This document shows positions 27,191 through 36,488 of a stretch of DNA of 54,706 nucleotides, piece after piece. The notes beneath the pieces were generated by a model that did not search any database, had not been told where the DNA came from, and worked only from the letters and a program-made list of their open reading frames with translations. Position 1 is the first letter of the stretch; every line of letters starts with the position of its first letter. The translations under genes were made by a program, and so were the position numbers. Origin of the DNA: a virus (Duplodnaviria > Caudoviricetes); IMG/VR virus record IMGVR_UViG_3300011269_000005, positions 1 to 54,706 of that record; one strand, 5' to 3'.

Positions 27191-27850
27191 ATGGAATCCC
27201 CCGTTGACCTAACGGACGAGTCCCGTGTCGACCGCGCGCCCGCCCAAACTCGCCAGGCGCGTAAGTTATCCCCACAGGAACGCGCGACCCTCCGGCACTG
27301 TGAAAATGCCGTTACCAAGGGTCTGAAGACGTTCTACGAGGTGGGCGACGCACTTAAAACGATCCGCAACCAGCGGCTCTATCGTGAGACCTTCGCATCA
27401 TTTAGGGCCTACTGCCGCGCCCGTTGGGGCTTCGAAGCCGCGAGGGCGAGGCAGTTTATCGCCGCGGCCGATGTTTTCAAGGATGTCGCCGAGGTGAGCG
27501 ATATTCAGCCAGCCAACGAAGCCCAGATGCGCTCGCTTAGTCATCTGGATACCGAGCATCGTCAGCAGGTATGGAAGCTCGCAACCGAACGAGCAGCACA
27601 ACCAACGGAGGCGCTGATTAAAGAGACTATCCGCGAAGTCGTGCCGCAAGAAACCGAAGAACGAAGCATAGCCGTGGCCGACACCGCTGTACTGGTCGAG
27701 CAGATGATTGTAAATGCCGAAACGATGCTGACGACGGTGCTCAATTGGGATGTTCGGCAAGGTCTAGGTTCCGACCAGCGCGACGAACTCCGTCGGCTGA
27801 TTCAGAAAGTGCGGATCGCGATGCGCGATGTGGAAATCCAACTCCGCTAG
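27191..27850 (+). CDS. Helical DNA-binding-like protein (FYEVG.AL..IR..RLYR...F..YC..RW family, often fused to methylases)
   Basis: TAAGGAG SD, the motif above, and P.NEAQ.R.L. Confidence 0.7.
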   Translation: MESPVDLTDESRVDRAPAQTRQARKLSPQERATLRHCENAVTKGLKTFYEVGDALKTIRNQRLYRETFASFRAYCRARWGFEAARARQFIAAADVFKDVAEVSDIQPANEAQMRSLSHLDTEHRQQVWKLATERAAQPTEALIKETIREVVPQETEERSIAVADTAVLVEQMIVNAETMLTTVLNWDVRQGLGSDQRDELRRLIQKVRIAMRDVEIQLR

Positions 27851-28087
27851 GGACGACAGCATGGACGCACTGACGATTTTGTTACACGCAGTATGGATTG
27901 AAGCAAACTGGCAAACTTACTTGTATCGCCGCAATCTTTATCGACTAGCCTGCAATTTTCCATTAGACCAAGACAGCCTTTGCGGCCGTAATCTGTTTTG
28001 GATGAGCATGCGCCAAATATAAAATCGGGCCGTTTCGTGCGTTAGAGTGCTTGACAGTGCCTCGCGCTTTTGCAAATATCGTGAGGC

Positions 28088-28246
28088 GTGAAATCCCAAA
28101 AACAAACCAGTTTTAAAAAAATCCGCTGCGTGGTCTACCTGCCGCCCGCGAGCCATAAACTCTTACGAACGCTCGCTTCTCGGGATTCTCTTAAGACCAG
28201 CCAGAAGGGCGCGCAACTCATTATTGAGGGACTTCGCAATGCATGA
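28088..28246 (+). CDS. 52-aa ribbon-helix-helix-like protein (not in the ORF track)
   Basis: MKSQKQTSFKKIRCVVYLPPASHKLLRTLASRDSLKTSQKGAQLIIEGLRNA*, with TTGACA at 28052 upstream. Confidence 0.5.
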   Translation: MKSQKQTSFKKIRCVVYLPPASHKLLRTLASRDSLKTSQKGAQLIIEGLRNA

Positions 28247-28287
28247 GGCGCGGGAGCGGGGTACGAGCATCGCACAGGACCGTCGAG

Positions 28288-28518
28288 ATGGCTGAGCAAT
28301 CCATTTGCAAGGGTTGCGGCGCGCCGATTACTTGGGCGGTCACCGAGCACGGCAAACGCATCCCGCTCAACAAGCCGGAGAAGCGGTTCATCCTGGTGCT
28401 TGTCCAGACTCCAACTTATGATCGCGGCGATTTCTATGAGGCACGCATGCGGGAGACATACGCTTCCCACTTCTCATCGTGCCCGAAGGCGGACGAATTC
28501 AGGAAGGAGAACGGCTGA
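28288..28518 (+). CDS. Small Zn-binding phage protein
   Basis: CKGCGAPITW..T..GKRIPL...SHFSSCP.A..FR. Confidence 0.7.
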   Translation: MAEQSICKGCGAPITWAVTEHGKRIPLNKPEKRFILVLVQTPTYDRGDFYEARMRETYASHFSSCPKADEFRKENG

Positions 28519-28644
28519 TGGCGGAACTAACTCGCGCCGAATTGAAGGCCGCAGTCGAAAAGGAGCCTTGTCACTGCGACTCGGGACTTATCTGCGACCG
28601 CTGCGACTGGCTTGAGGAGATGAGCCAGGAGGAACACGAACACA

Positions 28645-29520
28645 ATGGCTAACGTCGTCCGACTGTCCGCCACGCAGGTTGGGATGTTCCTACGCTGCCC
28701 GCGTCAATGGGCATTCAGATATAAAGAATTCCTGAAGATTCCGCCATCCGGTGCGATGAAACAGTCAGGCGTCTTCCATAGCACGGCCGAGCGGAATTAT
28801 CGGCAGAAGGCGACGACACTAACGGATCTCCCGCTCGACGAGCAGACCGATTTCTTCGCCGAGACCTGGGAGAAGGAATTGACGCGCGAGGAGGTTGTGT
28901 TCGATCAACAGAAGGGCGAGACGGCAACGGTGCTCAAGGATCAAGGCGTCATGATCGTGAAAGAGCATCACGCCAGAATATCGCCCTTCGTTACTCCGGC
29001 ATCGGCCGACTCGGTCGAGGAAAAGATTACGCTCTCGTTGGCAACCGACAAGGGTGCTGGCGTCAATTACGAACTGGTTGCCGTGATCGACGTGACCGAC
29101 ACCAACGGAGTTATCCGGGACAACAAGGCGCTCGGCAAGACGCCCAATCAGAAGGACGTTGACCGCGACATCCAACTCTCGACCTACGCGCTCGCTAAGC
29201 GCTTCCAAACTCAGAAGGCGGAACATGGGTTGGCGCTCGACATCGTGGTCAAGAACAAAACGCCCAAAGCGGTCACGCTGACGACGAAACGAACACGTGA
29301 GACCTTGCAGATTCATCTCCGTGACACTATCGGTCATGTCGCCAAGGCCATAGCCGCTGAAGCATTTCCCGCGAATCCCACTGGCTGGTGGTGCGATCCG
29401 CGGTGGTGCGGATATTGGTCTCGTTGCATGGGGCGCGGACTTAAGACCGTCGATATGGGTCAGAACCTCGAACCGCAACTGAAGGAGAGCATCGACAATG
29501 CCGAACGAACAAAACAATAG
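28645..29520 (+). CDS. PD-(D/E)XK nuclease (Cas4/RecB-like, Fe-S cysteines)
   Basis: LSATQ...CPRQW, IDV.D, DNK, QLSTY, WWCDPRWCGYWSRC. Confidence 0.85.
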   Translation: MANVVRLSATQVGMFLRCPRQWAFRYKEFLKIPPSGAMKQSGVFHSTAERNYRQKATTLTDLPLDEQTDFFAETWEKELTREEVVFDQQKGETATVLKDQGVMIVKEHHARISPFVTPASADSVEEKITLSLATDKGAGVNYELVAVIDVTDTNGVIRDNKALGKTPNQKDVDRDIQLSTYALAKRFQTQKAEHGLALDIVVKNKTPKAVTLTTKRTRETLQIHLRDTIGHVAKAIAAEAFPANPTGWWCDPRWCGYWSRCMGRGLKTVDMGQNLEPQLKESIDNAERTKQ

Positions 29521-30625
29521 CCAAGAGCCTGAAGTCGAAGTCGATTCCGGCCAGCTGATCGCCTCGCTCGATAAGGCAACTATCGACATCCAAATCTCGA
29601 CGGCCCGTGCTTATCCACGCTCGCTCGACAAGGTGCGCAAAGATGCTCTCGCCCTTGCGACCGCCGACGAAGCAACGGCCCGCTCGATGTTCTATGTGCT
29701 TCCCCGCGCCAACAGCAAAATCGAAGGTGCCACCATCCGCTTCGCCGAAGTTATCGGCTCTTGCTGGGGCAATATCCGATATGGCGCCCGCGTCGTTAAC
29801 ACGGACGAAACCTTCATCACCGCCCAAGGAATGGCCTTCGACCTCGAAAAGAATATCGCGATCACGATGGAGGTCCGCCGTCGCATTCGTGACAAATACA
29901 ACCGGCGTTACAACGACGACATGATCCAGGTGACTGGCAACGCCGCTTGCTCCATCGCTCTCCGTAACGCCATTCTCCGCATCGTTCCTGGCTGGAAGTC
30001 CATTTACGAGCAGGCCAAGGCAGCCTCGACCGGCAAAGGCCAGACAATGGACGTGCGCGTAGCCAATGCGATCAAGGCGTTTAACCAGATGGGTGCAAAG
30101 ACCGTCGATATTCTTCGCGTCCTCAAACGCCGAGGCATCCCTGATATCACCCTCGACGATTTGATCATGCTCAATGGCATCCGCACCGCGATTCAGGACG
30201 GAGAGACCACGTGGGGCCAAATTCTCGATGACCTGCCCAAGTCCGAAGAAGAAATGGCAGAACAACTCAAGCGCGACTTCAAAGGTCCATTTGAGACCAC
30301 CGCCGAGGCCATCATCCCAGATCGGCCCGAAGCGTCTGCCGCCGGTAGCGAGAGCGCTGATGCTAGTTCTCCGCCCCCCCGGAGCAGCACTACGCCTCGC
30401 GCCGGCGGCAGCTCAGAAGACCGGCTGCTCAACAAGCAGGAACTGAGTGACCTGGACGAGATGTGCGTCTCGCTAGGCATCGAAGACGACGACGTTAGCC
30501 AAGCCCTATTCGAGTACACAGGCGGGAAGATCACCAGTCGACGAAAATTGCCAGTCTCTCAGTTGGCCGGATTCATCAAGCAATTACAAGGCGCATCGTC
30601 AGCGCCAGCCCGGCCAATGAATTGA
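29498..30625 (+). CDS. Putative single-strand annealing/recombination protein
   Basis: IDIQISTARAYPRS...YVLPR...IEG.TIRFAE...WGN, paired with the exonuclease gene. Confidence 0.6.
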   Translation: MPNEQNNSQEPEVEVDSGQLIASLDKATIDIQISTARAYPRSLDKVRKDALALATADEATARSMFYVLPRANSKIEGATIRFAEVIGSCWGNIRYGARVVNTDETFITAQGMAFDLEKNIAITMEVRRRIRDKYNRRYNDDMIQVTGNAACSIALRNAILRIVPGWKSIYEQAKAASTGKGQTMDVRVANAIKAFNQMGAKTVDILRVLKRRGIPDITLDDLIMLNGIRTAIQDGETTWGQILDDLPKSEEEMAEQLKRDFKGPFETTAEAIIPDRPEASAAGSESADASSPPPRSSTTPRAGGSSEDRLLNKQELSDLDEMCVSLGIEDDDVSQALFEYTGGKITSRRKLPVSQLAGFIKQLQGASSAPARPMN

Positions 30626-30915
30626 ATCGGGGGGCAGCCGAACAAATGCACACAAGAACTTTGGAAGAGAAGCGTGTCATGCAGGCCAGCTCGCCCGTAA
30701 TGACCGTCAACCAACTCGCCGACTATTTGCAAATTCACACGAGCACGGTCTATCGGATGCTGAAGCGGGGCGACCTAGCTATCTGCGTGTTCCGCGTCGG
30801 TTCCGACTACCGCTTCATCCGATCTGGTGTGGATGCATGGATTGCGGCCAGCCTCCCGTCCCTTGACACGCTGGATAGACGGCTTACGCAAATGGGGAGA
30901 AAAAAGATCCCATGA
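30622..30915 (+). CDS. HTH_17 (excisionase-like) DNA-binding protein
   Basis: MTVNQLADYLQIHTSTVYRMLKRG...FRVG.DYRF.R..VDAWI. Confidence 0.85.
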   Translation: MNRGAAEQMHTRTLEEKRVMQASSPVMTVNQLADYLQIHTSTVYRMLKRGDLAICVFRVGSDYRFIRSGVDAWIAASLPSLDTLDRRLTQMGRKKIP

Positions 30916-30970
30916 GCGCGCACAATCGCAGCGCCAAGCTGTCGCGATACGCTAATCCGGGAGAGACAAG

Positions 30971-32758
30971 ATGAAGAAGTGGACTATCACCCCGTTAGCC
31001 GTTTCACTATTCCTGATGCTAGCGACACTATCTTGGGCGCAAGGAATATCATATCCTTCGTGTCGATCTGACGGTGGCCAAGGTACGACCGCCGCCGATT
31101 CAATTAGCGCAACTCTATCATCTCCGTTAGGCGCTACCCGGCAGATGGGGCCGTTGGGCGTTTATTTAAGCAGTGGTATACCATCTTATTATGCAGGCTT
31201 CGCCTTCTTCGGATTAGGCGGTTTAGTATATGATGGAGGAGTATCGTCTAGCGGTACTACATCAATGTTTGTATTGCGGCATCAATTTGAGGGAATATTC
31301 TTAGATGACGCAGCCCTGCCCACCGATTGCACGCCCTCTTTAATATCGGGTGCATTTGTAGGTAATCCATGTCCTAAGAAACTGGTAGTTACCGATGGCT
31401 GCGGCGCTTGGAGTACTGAGTATGGCTATAGAACGGTAGGATTAGGCGGAACGGCGATTTACGCGCCTCTTCCATATCGTCAACAATATATAGGCGACTC
31501 ACTTCATCCCGGTATTGATGCTGCTCTCGTGCCTCTACTAACGCCCGCGTATGATATAAATGGAGGGCATCAATCGGGCGGTATTTTTTCGGCAGGTGCT
31601 TACGACTCTCACATACCGAATATAAGCGTTTATCCATGGAACGGTCCCATTCGGCCGGGTACTGAAGTAGTGATTGATGATATAACGCATGGTATTATGG
31701 TAGGAAAGGTAGGGGCGCTGGTCCGCTCAATGCGAGTAGACTATAGTAGCGGTGGCTATCAAGGCGATCCTAACTATAAAGCATTTAGTCCGATATTACG
31801 AGGCAATCTACAATCATATCTAACCGTTGAAGGGATGGGCTTTCAAATTAGCTTAGGAGATATGGGGAGCCCGGTTTATACATTTAGCCCAGACTGCCCT
31901 CAAGTAATAGGTCATATGGTGGCATTAGATAGCCCCGATAATATTGTTACTATTGAATTAGACAACGGAGCCGTGTTGCCCGGTCTTATTGCATCGAGCA
32001 ATGGCCAAATAGCGCAATTGAACGAAGCAGGCAATTCCGTGTGTAGAAAAGATAATACTCCCACACCACCAATGCTAGGAGAAAATTGGCTTCCTAATAT
32101 TACCATGAGCGCATATTTAACAGGACGCTATAAGTTAATGGATGATTTTCTATCATCTAAGTGCGTATATCCCGATGGACGCAATTGCGGCGCTACAACG
32201 TGGGGAGATTTTATAGCGAGCGTCGATTCGCGTATTCAAGCGGTGGGCGCGAAGGACAATTCTGATGCGACGGGCACGAATACCCAAGGCGATGTTTACT
32301 GGAACGTCCACCTATATACCACTACTACCGTGAGCCCCAACGACATCTACAACAGGATTCTCATTGCCGTTATGCCGGGTACTGGAAAAACTGGGTATTA
32401 TGGTTCGGTCCTTGGCGCAATGGTAAATTGGGGGCTAGCGATTCCACCCATCATCGATCCCTACACACTTCAATACGACGACTACATACCAAATGTTGTT
32501 CAGGGCGGTGTCGGTGTAGAGACGGTTGTACTAGCTAAAGGCCGTAATACTTCTAATAATCTCGAAGCACAACAAGGTAATACTATTGTTATCGGTGGTG
32601 TAATGTTCAACGCACAACCGAATCCCCCCGGTACACCGCCAGCTCCACCTGCCCTCTCACCAACTCCAGATGGAGGTACGATCCCCGCTGGAGACTTCAA
32701 CGGCGCGTCACCAATAGCCCCAGGTGGGGATGCGCCGAATGGAGCGCCGATCCTCTGA
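30971..32758 (+). CDS. Secreted trypsin-like (S1) protease homologue, probably inactive, AT-rich moron
   Basis: Signal MKKWTITPLAVSLFLMLATLSWA, VLRHQF (His), IDAALV (Asp), GDMGSPV in place of GDSGS. Visibly more AT-rich than the flanks. Confidence 0.6.
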   Translation: MKKWTITPLAVSLFLMLATLSWAQGISYPSCRSDGGQGTTAADSISATLSSPLGATRQMGPLGVYLSSGIPSYYAGFAFFGLGGLVYDGGVSSSGTTSMFVLRHQFEGIFLDDAALPTDCTPSLISGAFVGNPCPKKLVVTDGCGAWSTEYGYRTVGLGGTAIYAPLPYRQQYIGDSLHPGIDAALVPLLTPAYDINGGHQSGGIFSAGAYDSHIPNISVYPWNGPIRPGTEVVIDDITHGIMVGKVGALVRSMRVDYSSGGYQGDPNYKAFSPILRGNLQSYLTVEGMGFQISLGDMGSPVYTFSPDCPQVIGHMVALDSPDNIVTIELDNGAVLPGLIASSNGQIAQLNEAGNSVCRKDNTPTPPMLGENWLPNITMSAYLTGRYKLMDDFLSSKCVYPDGRNCGATTWGDFIASVDSRIQAVGAKDNSDATGTNTQGDVYWNVHLYTTTTVSPNDIYNRILIAVMPGTGKTGYYGSVLGAMVNWGLAIPPIIDPYTLQYDDYIPNVVQGGVGVETVVLAKGRNTSNNLEAQQGNTIVIGGVMFNAQPNPPGTPPAPPALSPTPDGGTIPAGDFNGASPIAPGGDAPNGAPIL

Positions 32759-32766
32759 GGGGCTAG

Positions 32767-33255
32767 ATGGGCGCACCGATCCACATAACGATTCTTGGCC
32801 CAGTGGCCCCGTTCCAGAAAAAGGTGGCGACTTGGCACAGCAATGATGGTCGCTCCGGCACTCGCGCTTACGATGCAGGGTCGTACGCGAAGTGGCGAGA
32901 TTACGCCCGTATGGTCGCTGCGCAGGCGGTTGGGGATCGCGCCCCCTTTCAGGGTCCGGTGGAAGTGGAGATACGCATCTATCGTGAGATCCCCGCCAGC
33001 ATCTCGAAGCGGAATCGGGAGCGGGCCCTGGCGGGAACATTGCGGCCGATCACTACGCCCGACCTCGACAACAACATGAAGGCTATTGCCGATTCGGTTC
33101 TGACTGGCGTAGTAATTCGCGACGACAAATTCATCGTGAGTGCCCAACTGGGCAAGTGGTACTCGGACAAGCCTCGCGTCGAGATCACCGTCACAGAATG
33201 GGCAGCCGGACAGACCGGTGTACCGACGCAAGATGGCTTATTCCGGTGGGGGTGA
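32767..33255 (+). CDS. rusA: RusA Holliday junction resolvase
   Basis: GPVEVEI, PDLDNNMKAIADSVLTG....DDKFIV, KWYSDKPRVEI. Confidence 0.9.
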   Translation: MGAPIHITILGPVAPFQKKVATWHSNDGRSGTRAYDAGSYAKWRDYARMVAAQAVGDRAPFQGPVEVEIRIYREIPASISKRNRERALAGTLRPITTPDLDNNMKAIADSVLTGVVIRDDKFIVSAQLGKWYSDKPRVEITVTEWAAGQTGVPTQDGLFRWG

Positions 33256-33259
33256 CACC

Positions 33260-34835
33260 ATGATCGATCTCGCCGAGTTGAAGCGGTTGGAGCAGGCGCG
33301 CACGCACCATCATGAGCTAATATCCTGTGCCTACCATCAGGTCGTTCATGTGGGTGGTTGCGCTGGTCCGCAAGCTACTTGGACCGATTCGGAATATGTC
33401 GCTGCCATCGCCAACGCCGGCCCTGACATCCTCGCGCTGCTCGAAGAGGCGCGGGAAATTGTTGACTACCTTGCGGACTACGTAACGGAATACGGACTCG
33501 CTTATGCTCCCGCCGACGCGTTTCTCGCGAAATTCGGAGAGGGGAAGCAGTGATGGAGTTCACGCCGGACAAATTCCAATTGCCGATGCTCTATGCGCGA
33601 CGTGACGAAATGATTCGGTGGCTGATCGAGGAGAAGAAGTTTAACCCGAAAGCCGCGCCTAAATGTGTAGACGCTTTTCTTAAGAGCATGAAATACGTGC
33701 TCCAAGAAAACAAGGAGACCGGATGAAGAAATCACAATTCCCGTTTCAAGCACAGATAGGTGCGCTCACCGCTAGCTGGGCCGAGCACGAAAGACGTATC
33801 CGTGCTGATGAACGCGAGAAGGTGCTCGCCAAGATGTTCGCGCTCAACAAGCGCATCAAGGCCCTGTTGCTCGACATTTTGAAATCGACCGCTAAGCAAG
33901 CTGGTCGCGATGGCGATGCCGAGGTGCATATCGCGGGTATAGGGAAGGTCTACCCCGCCCCGAAGCGCAAGGCGGTAACCGCGAATGCCAGTCAGGTGGC
34001 CACGGTTTACGACGCGCTCTATCAACTCGTTGGCAAGTCTGTAACCGCGAAGGCACTCAAGGGGTCAACTGGCTTGGGACTCAAGTTCATCGGTTCGGCA
34101 TTGCGTTCACTAGTCGAGTCCGGGTTGGCCGTTGAGGCGAAGCGCGGGTTTTTCCAAGCGAAACCTGCTGAGACAAAAGAAGATGGAGATGAATGGCCAC
34201 CTGGATTCAACTGACGCGGCCGGCCGAGGGCGGCACGTACGTTCAGTTCTCTGATGGTAAGGACGCCCGCATCTACCAAGAGTCGCCCAGCGAAGTGAAA
34301 CGGCTGATTAAAGCCAGTGACAAAGCATTACAAGCCTAAGCATTCCGACGATCCACTGTCCAGCGACCCGCAGTGGCTGCTGGAGACGTTCAACCGGGTC
34401 GCTGCTGAGTTGGTGTTCGACGTGGCGTATCCGCGCGTCAAGTTGCGGGATGACCTCGGGGCGCGTAATGCCGAATTATGCTGATTGAGCGGGGTGACCA
34501 TGAAACCAAAATGGCAGCGGGCGCGAATCGTCTCGGCTTGTAAATACAAGGGTTTGGAATTCTGGGTGAGAGTGGGGCCGCCAGCCGCGATACAGTCAAC
34601 CAGGAACCCTAAAAATGCAGGCGGTGCCATTTTCAATCGACCGATTGTATGCTTCGAGACGAACATCGAAACCGACGATCACGCAGATGATCGGCGTCGC
34701 AAAGATGGCGTATGTGTCGTCGCACAGTCGGATGTAGAGTTACTCGCCCGCGACGACAAGGACTTCGCAGAGGATGTGGATTTAGTCTCTTGGGAAGTAT
34801 GGAATGTTCTGTCTCAGGCTCGGCGGTCGGCTTAA
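33260..34835 (+). other. Cluster of small hypothetical genes (33260-33553, 33723-34214 with winged-helix-like C-terminus, 34500-34835 and shorter ORFs)
   Basis: Coupled same-strand ORFs with SD-like motifs. Confidence 0.6.
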
Positions 34836-34917
34836 GGCACGGGATTGAGAATATTGGTCTCGTAGAATTCCGTCCCTAGAGCGTTCCAGCAGGCATCGGA
34901 AATTCCGCGTATTGTCG

Positions 34918-35463
34918 TCATGGTCCGCCTTTCGACCCTTCCGTATTCGGGAGAGCGCCGATCGATAAACACTCATCGCTCAGCCGTTCGCAAGTTCTCT
35001 TCGAGTATGGCCCCGCTAACGCCAGCGTACCGTCCGCGTTGACGACAACGAAATAGTAGCCCCTGACGTAGCCTTCCGACACGCAATCGATCGAGCACAG
35101 GTCAGTGCACATGCCGGTCGTGAGACATGCGGGATAATTAATGATGTCGCCAAAGACGCCGAAGCCGGGGCCTGTCGGCGCGCAGTTTGCACCTACGGGA
35201 TGCGGTAAGCACTTCGGCCCATGTTCATAATGGCAACTCCCAAGATCGTCCCTGCAAATCCGCTGCGACGGGAACGGCCCGATCTTGAGGTTGCCGAGGA
35301 AGTAGAACCAGGGGAGCCCATTACCAGCCTGACAGACGCCCACGCCCGCCGCTACCGACAATAGACCAAGGCTCACAACCACTGAGAGCCAAGCAGCAAG
35401 TCGTCTACTTGCCAATGACGGGCGTCGTAACGACGGGTAATTTATGGGTCTCGTGGGCACCAT
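34918..35463 (-). CDS. Cys-rich exported protein
   Basis: Hydrophobic leader ending GVCQA, about 10 Cys, two GP(F/Y)..S...C motifs. Confidence 0.6.
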   Translation of the reverse strand: MVPTRPINYPSLRRPSLASRRLAAWLSVVVSLGLLSVAAGVGVCQAGNGLPWFYFLGNLKIGPFPSQRICRDDLGSCHYEHGPKCLPHPVGANCAPTGPGFGVFGDIINYPACLTTGMCTDLCSIDCVSEGYVRGYYFVVVNADGTLALAGPYSKRTCERLSDECLSIGALPNTEGSKGGP

Positions 35464-35475
35464 TTCCCGTTCCCT

Positions 35476-35661
35476 TCACGGCACTTCCACACTCTTCATC
35501 TCGTCCCTTATTTCAAGTAGCGGGAACGTCATCTTATGCTCGAACGGTCTCGCCGTCACGATCTCCACGGTGCCGTTATCGTTTACGGCGAGCACGCGAA
35601 AATGTACGGACCGCATGATGCCCTCTTGCCCCTTGTACCATTTGTCTATTTTGAGGTCCAT
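35476..35661 (-). CDS. Hypothetical protein
   Basis: ORF in the same-strand chain. Confidence 0.55.
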   Translation of the reverse strand: MDLKIDKWYKGQEGIMRSVHFRVLAVNDNGTVEIVTARPFEHKMTFPLLEIRDEMKSVEVP

Positions 35662-35667
35662 ATGCTT

Positions 35668-35991
35668 CTATGCCGCTTTCTTGAGCCAGCGGTAAAACGT
35701 ATATCTGCTTACACCTAGAGCCAAGGCTGCGTCGGCTGCCTTACCGTATCGCGCCTTAGCATCCATCGCCAGCTGATGCTTGAGAATCCTGACGGCCTTG
35801 ACACTCTTGGCACCCTTGGCCCGTACGGGCTCGACAATCATTGCTAGTATCTCCATAGGCGGCAATGCGGTCTCATCGGCGCTCCGCCTGTCGTCCTCCC
35901 GTAACCGAAGCCACGCCTGCTTAAGTCGTGTCGCGCCAGGCTCTGGTGTGTGCAAGATCATTTCCATTAGGTCCGCCGTCGTCGCAATCAC
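35668..35991 (-). CDS. Fis-type HTH protein
   Basis: AADAALALGVSRYTFYRWLKK. Confidence 0.7.
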   Translation of the reverse strand: MIATTADLMEMILHTPEPGATRLKQAWLRLREDDRRSADETALPPMEILAMIVEPVRAKGAKSVKAVRILKHQLAMDAKARYGKAADAALALGVSRYTFYRWLKKAA

Positions 35992-36088
35992 GCCACCAGG
36001 TATAGCAAAGTCCCTAGAATCCCGCCGATCACGCAGCTGCAGGCCGTCACGATCAGTGCCATCCAGAGTTCATCCCAAGTGTCGCCGG

Positions 36089-36400
36089 TCAATGTCCGCC
36101 CTCCGGTCCCTTGTAATGACCTAGCAGGATGCTGCGCAGTTCTTTTATGTCGTCTCGCAACTCAGCCAAACGACCGGTATTTTCAGAGTGCTCCCTTTCC
36201 GCACGAACACTGATCTCCAAATGGAATCGCTCATCAGCCTTAACATGATCCGCAAATTCCTGTTGCATTCGCTCGAAAGCCTGTTGAAATTGTCTGCGTG
36301 TGCGAAAGAAAGTCGTGATCCACGTAATTAGAATACCGAGTCCGAAACTCACGGGTCCCCACCACCACGTAAACGACCATGAATCTGATTGCCGATCCAC
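36089..36400 (-). CDS. Single-TM plus coiled-coil protein (holin-like position)
   Basis: GPVSFGLGILITWITTFF followed by a coiled coil, at the end of the tail module. Confidence 0.5.
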   Translation of the reverse strand: MDRQSDSWSFTWWWGPVSFGLGILITWITTFFRTRRQFQQAFERMQQEFADHVKADERFHLEISVRAEREHSENTGRLAELRDDIKELRSILLGHYKGPEGGH

Positions 36401-36488
36401 TAACTCTATCTCCTGCTAGCTCCCGCTTACTTATTAGAACTGCTGGAAGTTAACAAGATCGGCCTGCGCTATATTAGGCCAAGGGGTG

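Noticed and set aside
28645-29520. cas4 as part of a CRISPR-Cas system
   Set aside because: No other cas genes or array. Pairing with an annealing-type gene indicates a phage recombination nuclease.
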